A DNA stretch of 64,000 nucleotides, taken from the NCBI GenBank assembly GCA_963753595.1, contig CAVWCX010000006.1:30937-94936 (forward strand), read 5' to 3'. The translations under genes and the position numbers were made by a program. The notes beneath the pieces were generated by a model. The model saw nothing but the letters and a program-made list of their open reading frames with translations, did not search any database and was not told where the DNA came from. Shown piece by piece: positions 41,263 through 50,585 of this stretch (position 1 is the first letter of the stretch; every line of letters starts with the position of its first letter). Source of the DNA: Candidatus Methanoperedenaceae archaeon. Lineage in GTDB: Archaea > Halobacteriota > Methanosarcinia > Methanosarcinales > Methanoperedenaceae.

Positions 41263-41832
41263 ATGTCGGAATATTACAATATCCTTACAAAAGTGATGGC
41301 AAATAAGCAGATGTCCATAAGCAGTATAGCAAGGGAATTGAAAAAGAACGGATATGACCAGCACAGGCTGATACTTACAGGATATCTTCGGGCTTTACAT
41401 GAAACAGGTTACATGGAAGAGATCGACATACCGCCATCAAAAGTATATGTATTAAAACCTGGTATGAAACGTGATGTTTATAGTATTGTTAAAGAGCATT
41501 TGAAAGATATTGACCTTTCAGAAAGGTTAGGAATTGCAGTATTCATCCTTACCTCCCTCTTCCATCGCCCGTCTTTCAAATATGAACTTGAATTGCTGGG
41601 CATCGAAGCGCGAAAGACCGAAACCGTAAAGGAGTCAAAGGATGCACATCTAAACGAACACCGCACGGCTATAACACGCATAAAAATTCCCGCAGATGAT
41701 GCAGCTTTTGAGATGAACGGGGACACAAGTGAGATCCAGCTTCGTGGAAACAAGGTTCTAATAGATATTATTAAAGATTTGATCGACCTTGACGGATTAA
41801 AAGCAAAGTCCCAGCAGACAAAACTTGCATGA
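41263..41832 (+). CDS. Conserved hypothetical protein with N-terminal winged-helix-like domain
   Basis: SISSIAREL...HRLILTGYLRAL...PPSKVY; ATG 41263 lies about 25 bp after TATA-like aaacatttatc. Confidence 0.7.
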   Translation: MSEYYNILTKVMANKQMSISSIARELKKNGYDQHRLILTGYLRALHETGYMEEIDIPPSKVYVLKPGMKRDVYSIVKEHLKDIDLSERLGIAVFILTSLFHRPSFKYELELLGIEARKTETVKESKDAHLNEHRTAITRIKIPADDAAFEMNGDTSEIQLRGNKVLIDIIKDLIDLDGLKAKSQQTKLA

Positions 41833-41892
41833 TCCCGAATCATTTTTCGGATATTTTATATCGTTTAAGATCCATTTTAATCATGAGGTTAA

Positions 41893-42414
41893 GTGATGGA
41901 GTTCATGGAAGCGATTAAAGGGAGAAGGTCTATCAGAAAATTCAAAGATCGTGCTGTGGGGAAAGAGATGATTGAAGAATTGCTGAACGCTGCACAGATG
42001 GCACCATCAGCGGGAAATCTGCAGGCGCGGGATTTCATAATAGTTGCCAACAAAATAACAAAACAAAAATTAACAAAAGCTGCTCTTGGCCAGTCTTTCA
42101 TTGAGCAGGCGCCTGTTGTTATCGTTGTTATTGCAGATATTGAGCGCTCATCCAGGATATACAGATCAAGGGGAGAACTTTATGCGACACAGGATGCTAC
42201 TGCAGGCATCGAGAATATTCTTCTTTCCGCTTATTCTATGGGCCTTGGCACATGCTGGATCGGCGCTTTTGATGAAAATGCGGTCTGCGAGCTTCTCGGA
42301 ATACCGGATAAAACATTACCTGTTGCGATAATTCCGGTAGGATATCCGGATGAACAGCCCGCTATGCCGCCAAGGATCGCTATGGAACGGCTTGTTCACT
42401 GGGAAACGTGGTGA
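41893..42414 (+). CDS. Nitroreductase family protein
   Basis: RRSIRKF, APSAGNLQ, GLGTCWIGAF, IPVGYP. Confidence 0.93.
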   Translation: MMEFMEAIKGRRSIRKFKDRAVGKEMIEELLNAAQMAPSAGNLQARDFIIVANKITKQKLTKAALGQSFIEQAPVVIVVIADIERSSRIYRSRGELYATQDATAGIENILLSAYSMGLGTCWIGAFDENAVCELLGIPDKTLPVAIIPVGYPDEQPAMPPRIAMERLVHWETW

Positions 42415-42532
42415 TGAGGTCAGGCGTACAGCACGTCTATGAAAAATATAATTTGGAGCTTTCAGGCGCCGCCGGGACGATGTGCATGGGGGGGCGTGGG
42501 GCATGTGAATATGAAATGAGGGCGCTTTGTTC
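42411..42532. repeat. GC-rich interspersed repeat, copy 1
   Basis: gcacgtctatgaaaaa...gctttcaggcgccgccgggacgatgtgcatgggggggc...atgaaatgagggcgct; matches copies at 43.7 and 44.6 kb. Confidence 0.85.
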
Positions 42533-42583
42533 TGACCCGATGTTTCAAGTTGTGGACTCCGTAATTGAAAAGCCTGGCAACGG

Positions 42584-42675
42584 CAGAAACAAAACAACGA
42601 ACCAACATTAACTGAATGAACTCCCATAGGATTAGTTCGTTTCAGTTCGTCCGAGTTAGTTGTTCTTTTTGTCTG
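42584..42675. repeat. Imperfect palindrome built from short periodic units (aacgaac/aactgaa)
   Basis: cagaaacaaaacaacgaacc...aactgaatgaact pairs with agttcgtttcagttcg...gttagttgttctttttgtctg. Confidence 0.6.
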
Positions 42676-42782
42676 TTTTTTTGACACGTCGAAAAGATAT
42701 ATGCAGCATCTCTATCTTCCTAAAAAACGGCGTCATGAGCAGGATGCGGTGAGGCCGCCGGTGTACTGTGTTTCCAATGTTC

Positions 42783-43073
42783 TTATAATACTAACAGGAT
42801 TTTGAGGTCGCCATATGTTTTTTTAAAAAGTTCTGCTGCCAGTTTTTCTGCAATCTTTTTGCCTTCATCGGTTAAGCAATAATTCTGTGATCGATAATAC
42901 CTTAAAAGCCCTTTACTGTGCAGGCTTTTAATAGTCTCATGCATGTTGTCATGATATTTTGAAGGTAACTTTTTACGTATGGTTGCTTCATTGATGTTTT
43001 TATTTTGTGATACATGCAGCTTACCAAGTAGCTCAAGGACTTTGCGTTCGTCCGAAGTTAATTCAATTCCCAT
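42783..43073 (-). CDS. Small winged-helix-like hypothetical protein
   Basis: LTSDERKVL...IKSLHSKGLL...YCLTDEG pattern. Confidence 0.7.
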   Translation of the reverse strand: MGIELTSDERKVLELLGKLHVSQNKNINEATIRKKLPSKYHDNMHETIKSLHSKGLLRYYRSQNYCLTDEGKKIAEKLAAELFKKTYGDLKILLVL

Positions 43074-43089
43074 GGCTTTCTAAATAAGT

Positions 43090-43140
43090 GTTGCATTTGT
43101 GATATATCTTCGTAAAAAGTTGCATTTGTGATATATCTTC
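43090..43140. repeat. Perfect 22-bp tandem direct repeat in divergent intergenic region
   Basis: gttgcatttgtgatatatcttc at 43090-43111 and 43119-43140. Confidence 0.9.
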
Positions 43141-43202
43141 CGCAAGAATTAAGTAGTATAAAAATTAGACTTATAGACTAATTATTAAACTAAAGGGGCA
43201 AA

Positions 43203-43574
43203 ATGTACGTATTATCAGAATTGTTTGGTGATTGTCCGCAGGTCAAAATAGTTGAAACTTTTGCGGAGAACTATGAAGATAACTTATCGGGTCCGGATAT
43301 TGCGCGAATGACAGGTGTGACAAAGGCAACTGTTTATGCCCATATAAATAAACTATTGAAAGAAGATATTATTAGAAAGGTAAGAAAAGTTGGCAAAACA
43401 CAACTTTACCAGCTTAATAATGATAATCCGAAAGCAAAGATTGTTTTGATGCTAGAGCGATTTATTGTTTCAGAACGACTCGGGAAACTTGTCGAAAAGG
43501 AAAAAACTGGCGTAGTTTCCAATTTTATTCACGGATCACATGCTGCTGATGCTGTGGAATTAGCCTCGCTGTAA
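43203..43574 (+). CDS. Winged-helix transcriptional regulator
   Basis: LFGDCPQVKIV...SGPDIARMTGVTKATVYAHINKLLKEDII...VGKTQLYQLN. Confidence 0.82.
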   Translation: MYVLSELFGDCPQVKIVETFAENYEDNLSGPDIARMTGVTKATVYAHINKLLKEDIIRKVRKVGKTQLYQLNNDNPKAKIVLMLERFIVSERLGKLVEKEKTGVVSNFIHGSHAADAVELASL

Positions 43575-43693
43575 ACGCATTATCCATATTTTTGCAGGAG
43601 GCGTAGAGTGGGCTCGTTGTTATAAAGAGTAGTAGCCTGGGTGACGCGTTAGGGAAATTGTTTTGGATTTATTCGACACCCACCGGGCATTAT

Positions 43694-43870
43694 GTGATGA
43701 GTGGGCGGGGATTTGCGGCACCTCTATGCAAACAGAAATCAAGCTGTCAGGCGCCGCCGGGACGATGCGCATGGGGGGGCATGGGACTATGCAATGAGGG
43801 CGCTGGTTTGCGTTATTTGTGGTTTTAGCTGTTCTTCTCACCGCAAAGTGCGCAAAGGGCGCAAAGAGGA
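43694..43870. repeat. GC-rich interspersed repeat, copy 2
   Basis: ggcacctctatgcaaa...gctgtcaggcgccgccgggacgatgcgcatgggggggcatggg...gcgttatttgtggttt...tcaccgcaaagtgcgcaaagggcgcaaaga. Confidence 0.9.
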
Positions 43871-44001
43871 CGGCGCCGGGGGCAGGCTGCAGTGGGGCAG
43901 CAAAATGTATGCAGCCCACATGTACAGTTATATCATAGTGAGGGGGGGTTCAGCTTGAAAGATAAGATTTTATATTCTAATGAGATAGTATTAGTAATAT
44001 T

Positions 44002-44187
44002 ATGGATTCAACCGTATGCATACCTACAAGTAAATACAATGAATTATTACAAAAAGTAAACCTTCTTAATACAATAATTGGCTCAGAGAATCTGACTTTG
44101 GAAGAACTTGAAAGATTAAAACGAGCGAGGATGGGTCCCAGCCTAACTGAAGAGGATTTTCTAAAACAACATCCAGAGCTCAAATAA
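44002..44187 (+). CDS. Putative antitoxin (small acidic protein upstream of RelE)
   Basis: 61 aa, acidic C-terminus (LTEEDF), ends 9 bp upstream of a RelE-like gene. Confidence 0.7.
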   Translation: MDSTVCIPTSKYNELLQKVNLLNTIIGSENLTLEELERLKRARMGPSLTEEDFLKQHPELK

Positions 44188-44196
44188 AAAGTAAAA

Positions 44197-44451
44197 ATGT
44201 ACGAACTTATAATAAAAGAACAGTTCGATAAGTCTTTCTCAAAAATAAAGGATCTTAAAATAAAAAAGCAAATCTGGATCAAGATACTGGAACTAAAAAC
44301 AATGGCTCCCATAGGCAAGAAATTAGTGGGAAATCCATATTGGTCAATACATATTGGAAAATTTAGGGTTATTTATGTTTTTCACAAACATAGCAGTGAG
44401 ATCGAAATTGTTGATCTGTTAAGCAGAAAACATGATTACAGAGAGATTTAA
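44197..44451 (+). CDS. relE: RelE/ParE-family toxin
   Basis: MYELII...FDK...GKKLVG..YWSIHIGKFRVIY...KHDY; basic 84-aa protein. Confidence 0.82.
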   Translation: MYELIIKEQFDKSFSKIKDLKIKKQIWIKILELKTMAPIGKKLVGNPYWSIHIGKFRVIYVFHKHSSEIEIVDLLSRKHDYREI

Positions 44452-44573
44452 TCATATTTTTTTGTATTTTGATGGAAATTTTTAATACTCTAATAAATTC
44501 AGCTAACATCGCTGAAAGAAATGTTCTATTTGTTCTCTTTGGCTATCGCTGGATATCGGACAGGCAGAAAAGG

Positions 44574-44721
44574 GGCACTTCTATGCAAAAATAATTCCGG
44601 CTGTCAGGCGCCGCCGGACGATGCGCATGGGGGCATGGGGCTGGCGATGGGAGCGCAGGTTAGCGTTATTTGTAGGTTTTTCCATTTTTTTTCACCACAA
44701 AGCACGCAAAGGGCGCAAAGA
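44574..44721. repeat. GC-rich interspersed repeat, copy 3
   Basis: ggcacttctatgcaaaa...gctgtcaggcgccgccggacgatgcgcatgggggcatggg...gcgttatttgtaggttt...tcaccacaaagcacgcaaagggcgcaaaga. Confidence 0.9.
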
Positions 44722-44909
44722 TTTGAGGGGCGCTCCAGTCTCATTTTAGGCGGCGCATTACTCTGATTTCAAGAAAGTTAATAGATACGGCATCCTTAAC
44801 AATATTAGATTGGTATAAATATTTACGTAACTTATTTCACTTGAGATTATAATATAGCAAATTATATTATACGATTACAGATTTACTATGTTGGGATATT
44901 CATAAGTTT

Positions 44910-47141
44910 ATGAAGATAAATGTTCAACGCTGGAAAAAAGGAATTCCTAAAGAGGATAAAATTTCCTTAATATTATTAACTATTTATTTAATTTCATTAT
45001 TTTTTATATGGATATTACCATATTATATTAGACTGATTGAGGTAAATCCAATAAACATTCCAGTGGAAACCGTTCTTGGCTGGATTGTTACACTCGTCGC
45101 TATAATTCCAACATTAACGTTAACAGCAGCTCAATTGGCAAGTGGGGCTTATACATATAAAATTGTATCACTTTACCGAAAAGAACCCTACTTTTGGATA
45201 CTTTTAATAATATTTTTACTAACAATATTGGTGGGAATACTTATAGAAATGTTTGATATTAAGGACTCGCGGATAATATTGAGTTTTCATTCTACAGCAT
45301 TGTTTAGCATTCTTTTTCTATTTCCATATTTCTTAAATACCTTAAATTCAATTGGCTTTGAGGCAAATGTTGATAGATTAATAAACCAAGTAAAACGCGA
45401 AAAGCTCATTCCGCTTTTATTCGAGACAAAAACTTCGCTGAATCCTAACATCAAAGATCCGACTTTTGACGTTAGATCCATTCTGGAAAAAGCTATAAAA
45501 GAAAACGATTTACAAGCATTTGGATTTGTTTTAAATAAATTTACATTTGCATATGGAGAAATTTTACAGGAACTAATTGAGGACCCTGTCAAGTTCAACC
45601 CAAAGTTTGGGCCTACTTATTGGGATAGACATATTGGTCAAGAAGCTTCACAAAGAATATGGACTAGCACTGCAACACGAAATTTAGCTGAAATCTGGTT
45701 CTTCCATATGCAAGCGATTCAAAAAGCAGCCTCTAATAATGAGTCTATGATGATAGAATTTGCCAGTATTATTAACAATTTTTCGATATCAAGTTATAAA
45801 TATCTTCTTCCCCAGAATGATATCACTCCGCTTGATGTATTTGGACAAAAGACTCGTTACCTTTTAACCACTATGGCAAAGGATGGCATCAATGCAAAAC
45901 AACTTGATTCTGTTGCTCAATGCATTGATTCTCTTGAAACACAAGGTTGCTACGGTGCCCAAAATAATATGAGAGATGTCGCATTTAGTTGCAAAAAGGA
46001 CTTGGAAAAAATTCAGACTATCGTATTTAATAATTTCATTAAATTTGATAACTTTGATTGTTCGTTTGTTTTGGGTAGATTATTAAATGCTCATAAAGAA
46101 ATTATAATAAATCAAATGAATTTCCAAGAATGGGAGATTCATGAAGATAGTTTCAAGAAACCTTTAGAAATTTCAAAAATTATTTTTGTCTTAGGATTAC
46201 CGTTTGGTGCCGAATTTAGTATCAGAGGGATATTAGTTCCTATTCTTTTACAGTATTATGGTAATGGAAACGAAGAAAAACTCAAAAAAATTTATATCAC
46301 TTTGAATGATATTTTTCCAATTAATGTAGAATTAATTTTCCAATCATCTAAAGTAACATTAGATCGCTATCAGAGATCAGGACAAAAGCTGAGCCACTCC
46401 TACCAACACCTATTACCAAGAGACTGGCTCTTCTTAATTATCAAAAGTATAGATTCAATTATAACTGAAATAATCAAATCCAAAAATAGAGGACGTCCAG
46501 AAGAAATCATACAAATTTATGAGGACTTAGCGGTCATTGCATATAGAATGGAGGATTATGATTTAGTTCTGAATTTATTAAAAAGACACTTTGGCGCAAT
46601 TATTTCACTATCAAAAACAGATAAGCATTATTCATTAAATCCGTATAATCTGCCTTCTTGTATAATCTATTCATGTTTATTGAATAAGGAGCATGATTTA
46701 ACATTGTCTTTAATTCAAGAAATGTCGTCTTACGGAAAATCTTCTTTTGAAAATGCATCAAAAGTAACATATCATTTCACATATCTTGGTAGTTATGCTA
46801 TATATTTAGAAAACGAAAGCATATCAGATATTATAATCAAAAATTTAATGGAGTTAGAAGAAATGTTCCCTAATTACAGAAATCGTTTCGGGGGAGGACT
46901 TGGCAGTTTAAGAACCTCCGCAAACCTGAGCGGTTACAGCAGTTCATGGCATTTTCCAAATTCCTATTTTTCTGATCTTGATATAAGTACAATTATGTAT
47001 CGATTAATAAAAGTAACAGAAATAGTTAACCCACCCAAAAAAGACGCCTGTCAATTCATGAAAAAGTTGATTATACAATTTTTATCTCTTGCCAATAAAA
47101 GAGCTATTTTATTAAATGGGATAATTGCTGATAAAAAATAG
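44910..47141 (+). CDS. Membrane protein with DUF2254-like N-terminal TM region and long helical C-terminus
   Basis: Four N-terminal TM segments incl. TLTLTAAQLASGAYTYKIVSLY; AT-rich composition. Confidence 0.65.
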   Translation: MKINVQRWKKGIPKEDKISLILLTIYLISLFFIWILPYYIRLIEVNPINIPVETVLGWIVTLVAIIPTLTLTAAQLASGAYTYKIVSLYRKEPYFWILLIIFLLTILVGILIEMFDIKDSRIILSFHSTALFSILFLFPYFLNTLNSIGFEANVDRLINQVKREKLIPLLFETKTSLNPNIKDPTFDVRSILEKAIKENDLQAFGFVLNKFTFAYGEILQELIEDPVKFNPKFGPTYWDRHIGQEASQRIWTSTATRNLAEIWFFHMQAIQKAASNNESMMIEFASIINNFSISSYKYLLPQNDITPLDVFGQKTRYLLTTMAKDGINAKQLDSVAQCIDSLETQGCYGAQNNMRDVAFSCKKDLEKIQTIVFNNFIKFDNFDCSFVLGRLLNAHKEIIINQMNFQEWEIHEDSFKKPLEISKIIFVLGLPFGAEFSIRGILVPILLQYYGNGNEEKLKKIYITLNDIFPINVELIFQSSKVTLDRYQRSGQKLSHSYQHLLPRDWLFLIIKSIDSIITEIIKSKNRGRPEEIIQIYEDLAVIAYRMEDYDLVLNLLKRHFGAIISLSKTDKHYSLNPYNLPSCIIYSCLLNKEHDLTLSLIQEMSSYGKSSFENASKVTYHFTYLGSYAIYLENESISDIIIKNLMELEEMFPNYRNRFGGGLGSLRTSANLSGYSSSWHFPNSYFSDLDISTIMYRLIKVTEIVNPPKKDACQFMKKLIIQFLSLANKRAILLNGIIADKK

Positions 47142-47198
47142 CAATCTATAACATTACTATCGAAAATCATAATCCTTTATTATTAGTTTTACCTTTTT

Positions 47199-48308
47199 TC
47201 ATATCACTCCCATCTCCGTCAACCTCTCCGGCAGATACTTATCCGTAACATAATCCAGCCCCTTCCCCGCAAAAGCCTGCTGTTCAGCCTTCTTCCCGAT
47301 CTTTAGCATCAGGTTTATCTGCTCCTTCCAGTAGGGCGTATCAAATCTCGGGTCAGTAAGCTCGCTCTCAAGCGCCTTGATATCCTGGTCATTGAGCTTG
47401 TCCGTGGAAAGCTGGTATTCCACGATATCTGATGCCTGCACACCGATGAACTTGGCGGCAGGGGTTGCCATGAACTCGGAAAGGTGTGCGCTCTTGATTG
47501 CGCCGTAGGCAACACTTGCGTAAATGCGAAAACTCCAGGGATCACCGTCAGTGAATACAACAACAGGCAGCTTGAGTTCTTCGTTCATGCGCTTTATGAT
47601 GCGGCGGGTGCTTCGTGCGGGCTGGCCCTTCAAGTGCACAAGGATGGCATCGAATTTCTCATCAAACCCGTTCTCGATAAGTCTGTCCTGCATACCGCCG
47701 GTCTCGATGGCGATAATGAACTTCGCATCATGCTCCACGAACTTTATGGTCTCCACGTTGTAAGGGATCTGGTATCCCGCCTCGCCAACCTCGTCCTGGC
47801 AGTGCATGGTGCGGTCACCGCGTTTTGTCAATTCCTTGATCTTGATGGGGCCGTACAATGTCGCGCCGTTCTCTTCGGGGCGCACATGGAAATCCTCGCG
47901 CTGCAAGCCTGTTATAATTTCAAGGTCCTCGATCAGGCGGTCGCTTTCGGACTGTTCGTTGAATTTTGCGATATCCCAGTTCTCGCTGATGTAATACAAT
48001 TCTCTCAGCGTGGAGCTTTTGTTCTGGTCAAGATGCCCTTTCATCAAAAGTTCCACCACATGCGAGGTCTTTAGAAGCTGCGTAGCGCCCTTTACGGTTT
48101 TTGCGCTTCGCATGCTCTCGCTGTCTCCATAGACCCACACATCGCTGTCCGTGTTCAATTCGATGTTCTTCTTGGTTCGTGAGGGCAGCGTGATATGAGG
48201 AATGGTCTCGCTCTCGAATTGCTCATAGAAATCCTGGATGAGTTTCTTTAAAGTCGTCTTTGAGAGGGAATCTCGTATCTGCTTATTGGTTAACTCAGTT
48301 TCATTCAT
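47199..48308 (-). CDS. top6A: DNA topoisomerase VI subunit A
   Basis: STLRELYY (catalytic Tyr), [28 protein letters not shown]. Confidence 0.96.
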   Translation of the reverse strand: MNETELTNKQIRDSLSKTTLKKLIQDFYEQFESETIPHITLPSRTKKNIELNTDSDVWVYGDSESMRSAKTVKGATQLLKTSHVVELLMKGHLDQNKSSTLRELYYISENWDIAKFNEQSESDRLIEDLEIITGLQREDFHVRPEENGATLYGPIKIKELTKRGDRTMHCQDEVGEAGYQIPYNVETIKFVEHDAKFIIAIETGGMQDRLIENGFDEKFDAILVHLKGQPARSTRRIIKRMNEELKLPVVVFTDGDPWSFRIYASVAYGAIKSAHLSEFMATPAAKFIGVQASDIVEYQLSTDKLNDQDIKALESELTDPRFDTPYWKEQINLMLKIGKKAEQQAFAGKGLDYVTDKYLPERLTEMGVI

Positions 48309-50156
48309 ACATTCACCGCCTTTGCGCCTGTAACAAGTTCGCTCTCTATGCCCTCAACCACAAGTTGTGGCAGTTTTGCCGCTTCTTCAAGAGCTATATC
48401 CAGCCTGTAGATGATGGCTTTTTGCTCACCCGGCTTTAGCGATATCTTCCACACATAATCGATCTGTGTTCCCCATAGGGATCTTTTTGGGCTCAGGACT
48501 TGGCGATCCGATAGAATATGGAAGCGTCTCATGAAGATTAAAATGATGCACCGAATCCCCGTGATTCTTAAAATGTATCTCTACTTCGCATCCGTTCCCG
48601 TTTTGCTTAACCACGCGCTGGCAAAATACATTTCTCATTATTTTTGCTATGATCGGGGTAATATCAGGTGTGGGGCGCTCCAGTATCTCACCCACTTTCT
48701 TTGCTATGCGCGGAAGGATCTCATAGATGATCTCCTCCTTTTCACGCCTTTTTTCAAGATTATCCTGCCTTGAAAGATAATTCTTGAGCCTTCGCGCCAC
48801 ATCCTTGAGGGCAAGTTCCACTTCGCTTATGATTTCCGGGACATCGGCTATGGCTTCTTTTGATTCCGAAGTAAAAGGGATATGCGTGGATGCCACATGC
48901 ACAAGAATTATTGCAGGACCAATTGGCAATGAACCACCAGGCTGGTTCAGGGAATAACTCCTCCAGTTAAGATTCTCAATCGCATGCGTTATAGCGCATG
49001 CTCCCTGCTGGTAAAGAAGAGGAACGCGATTTGCAAACCTGAGTATCTCTACCTTTTCCTCTTTCGGGAGGTTTCCGCCATAAGCAACGCCAGCTTCCAC
49101 CTGGAACGGATGACCGTTATGCACAGACGCAGGACGTGTGGCAGTTTCTATGAAATCCACGGTATGTTCCTTTCCCACGCCTTTTCGGATAAGTTCCTCA
49201 GTTATGGGAGACAGGCAATCAGTGGATGGCGCCAGGATTTTGACGATCTTGAATGCCCCGTGAAGCCTTTTTGCTTCATCCAGCGTTATCGCTTTTGGAT
49301 CGGTTTTAGGGCCAAGGCTTGCTTTCATGCATATTTCATCTGCGGTCTTTGGGCCCATTCTTGAAAATGAACTTCGCAAAAATGAATCAAGCCTGTCGGT
49401 TTCGCAATACCGGAGCATCTTCATTAACGTACCAAGTTCAATGCCATGAGGATGCGGCAGTATCTCCTTAGCCTGCAAAGGAAGTTTGTCAGTCGCTCTT
49501 TCAAAGATTACCTGGTTATTATCAGGTTCGATAAGAGTAATGCGGGCATGCGGATTTACGATCGCCGTATCCTTCAGGTATTCATAAACAGATTGCCTTC
49601 GCCCCTTCGCATACGAGGCTTCCATCTCAAGTTCCAGACGCGTTCCCCGCATCCTGTCCCAGTCCACGATCTTATCAACAAGTATCTCAGGTTCATTGGT
49701 CCGGGTATTTATCAGGAGTTCAAAATAATGAGCAGGTGCATCGCGGTCTATTTTGGAAATAATTTTGGCAGGCCTGCCTGAAGTTAACTGGGAATAAAGC
49801 ACAGTCGCCGAGATGCCGATTCCCTGCTGTCCGCGGCTTTGTTTTACCGCATGAAAGCGTGAGCCATAGAGCAATTTTGCAAAAACCCTGGGGATCTGTT
49901 CTTTTACGATCCCGGGCCCATTATCCTCAACTATCAGGGTTAAATTCGTCTTTGACGTATTTTCAAGTTTAATAAAAATATCCGGGAGGATGCTTGATTC
50001 CTCACAGGCGTCAAGAGAATTATCTACCGCCTCTTTAACAGATGTTAACAGGGATCTTGAACCTGAGTCAAAACCCAGTATCTGCCTGTTCTTTTCAAAA
50101 AATTCGGCGATACTAATGGCCTTTTGCTTTTTTGCCAGTTCATCCGCAATGACCAT
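48305..50156 (-). CDS. top6B: DNA topoisomerase VI subunit B (apparent +1 frameshift near 48470 splits the C-terminal domain)
   Basis: [50 protein letters not shown]; C-terminus [13 protein letters not shown] continues in ORF 48305..48532; span is 3n+1. Confidence 0.93.
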
Positions 50157-50167
50157 TAAGCATCCCT

Positions 50168-50398
50168 TTAGAGTTCAGCACCCACTATTGTTTGTGTTGC
50201 AGTGATGTTTTCGCTTTCTCTTATTGTATCAACAAGTTTGTTCAGTGCGCTTAATCCCTCAACGTTGCTTATCACAACAAAATCATATTCTCCGAACACA
50301 TGATATACATCTTTTACGCCTTTTACCTTTATAAGCTCGTTATAAGCTGTTTTTTCCTGCCCCGGTACGACATTTACTAATGTTACTCCGATTACCAA
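50168..50398 (-). CDS. Lrp/AsnC ligand-binding (RAM) domain protein
   Basis: [15 protein letters not shown]; usual position upstream of top6B. Confidence 0.88.
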   Translation of the reverse strand: MVIGVTLVNVVPGQEKTAYNELIKVKGVKDVYHVFGEYDFVVISNVEGLSALNKLVDTIRESENITATQTIVGAEL

Positions 50399-50585
50399 TT
50401 CATATCACTGATCCTTCAATTTTTGATTCTATTTTATAACATGATATACTTTAAGTACTAAAAAAGGTTTGTATACTATACGAGTTTTGGGTTAATTTAT
50501 TATTATAATCCAAACCAGATACTACGGAAAGATTCAAATATAATAAATACAATGTCTGTATAAAAGAATCAAGGGTGTGTGATCC

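Noticed and set aside
43600-43692. tRNA-like fragments (gtagcctgggt, ttcgacacccaccggg)
   Set aside because: No acceptor, anticodon or T stems could be paired; not a tRNA, and too weak to call an att site.
42411-44721. Three-copy repeat as a CRISPR array or canonical integron attC sites
   Set aside because: Copies are over 100 bp, diverged and 0.9-1.3 kb apart with genes between them. There are no cas genes or intI, and no paired RYYYAAC/GTTRRRY boxes.
42408-44766. Short ORFs 42408..42611, 43620..43919, 43701..43958 and 44521..44766
   Set aside because: They run through the GC-rich repeat; copies differ by frame-breaking indels, so they are unlikely to be coding.
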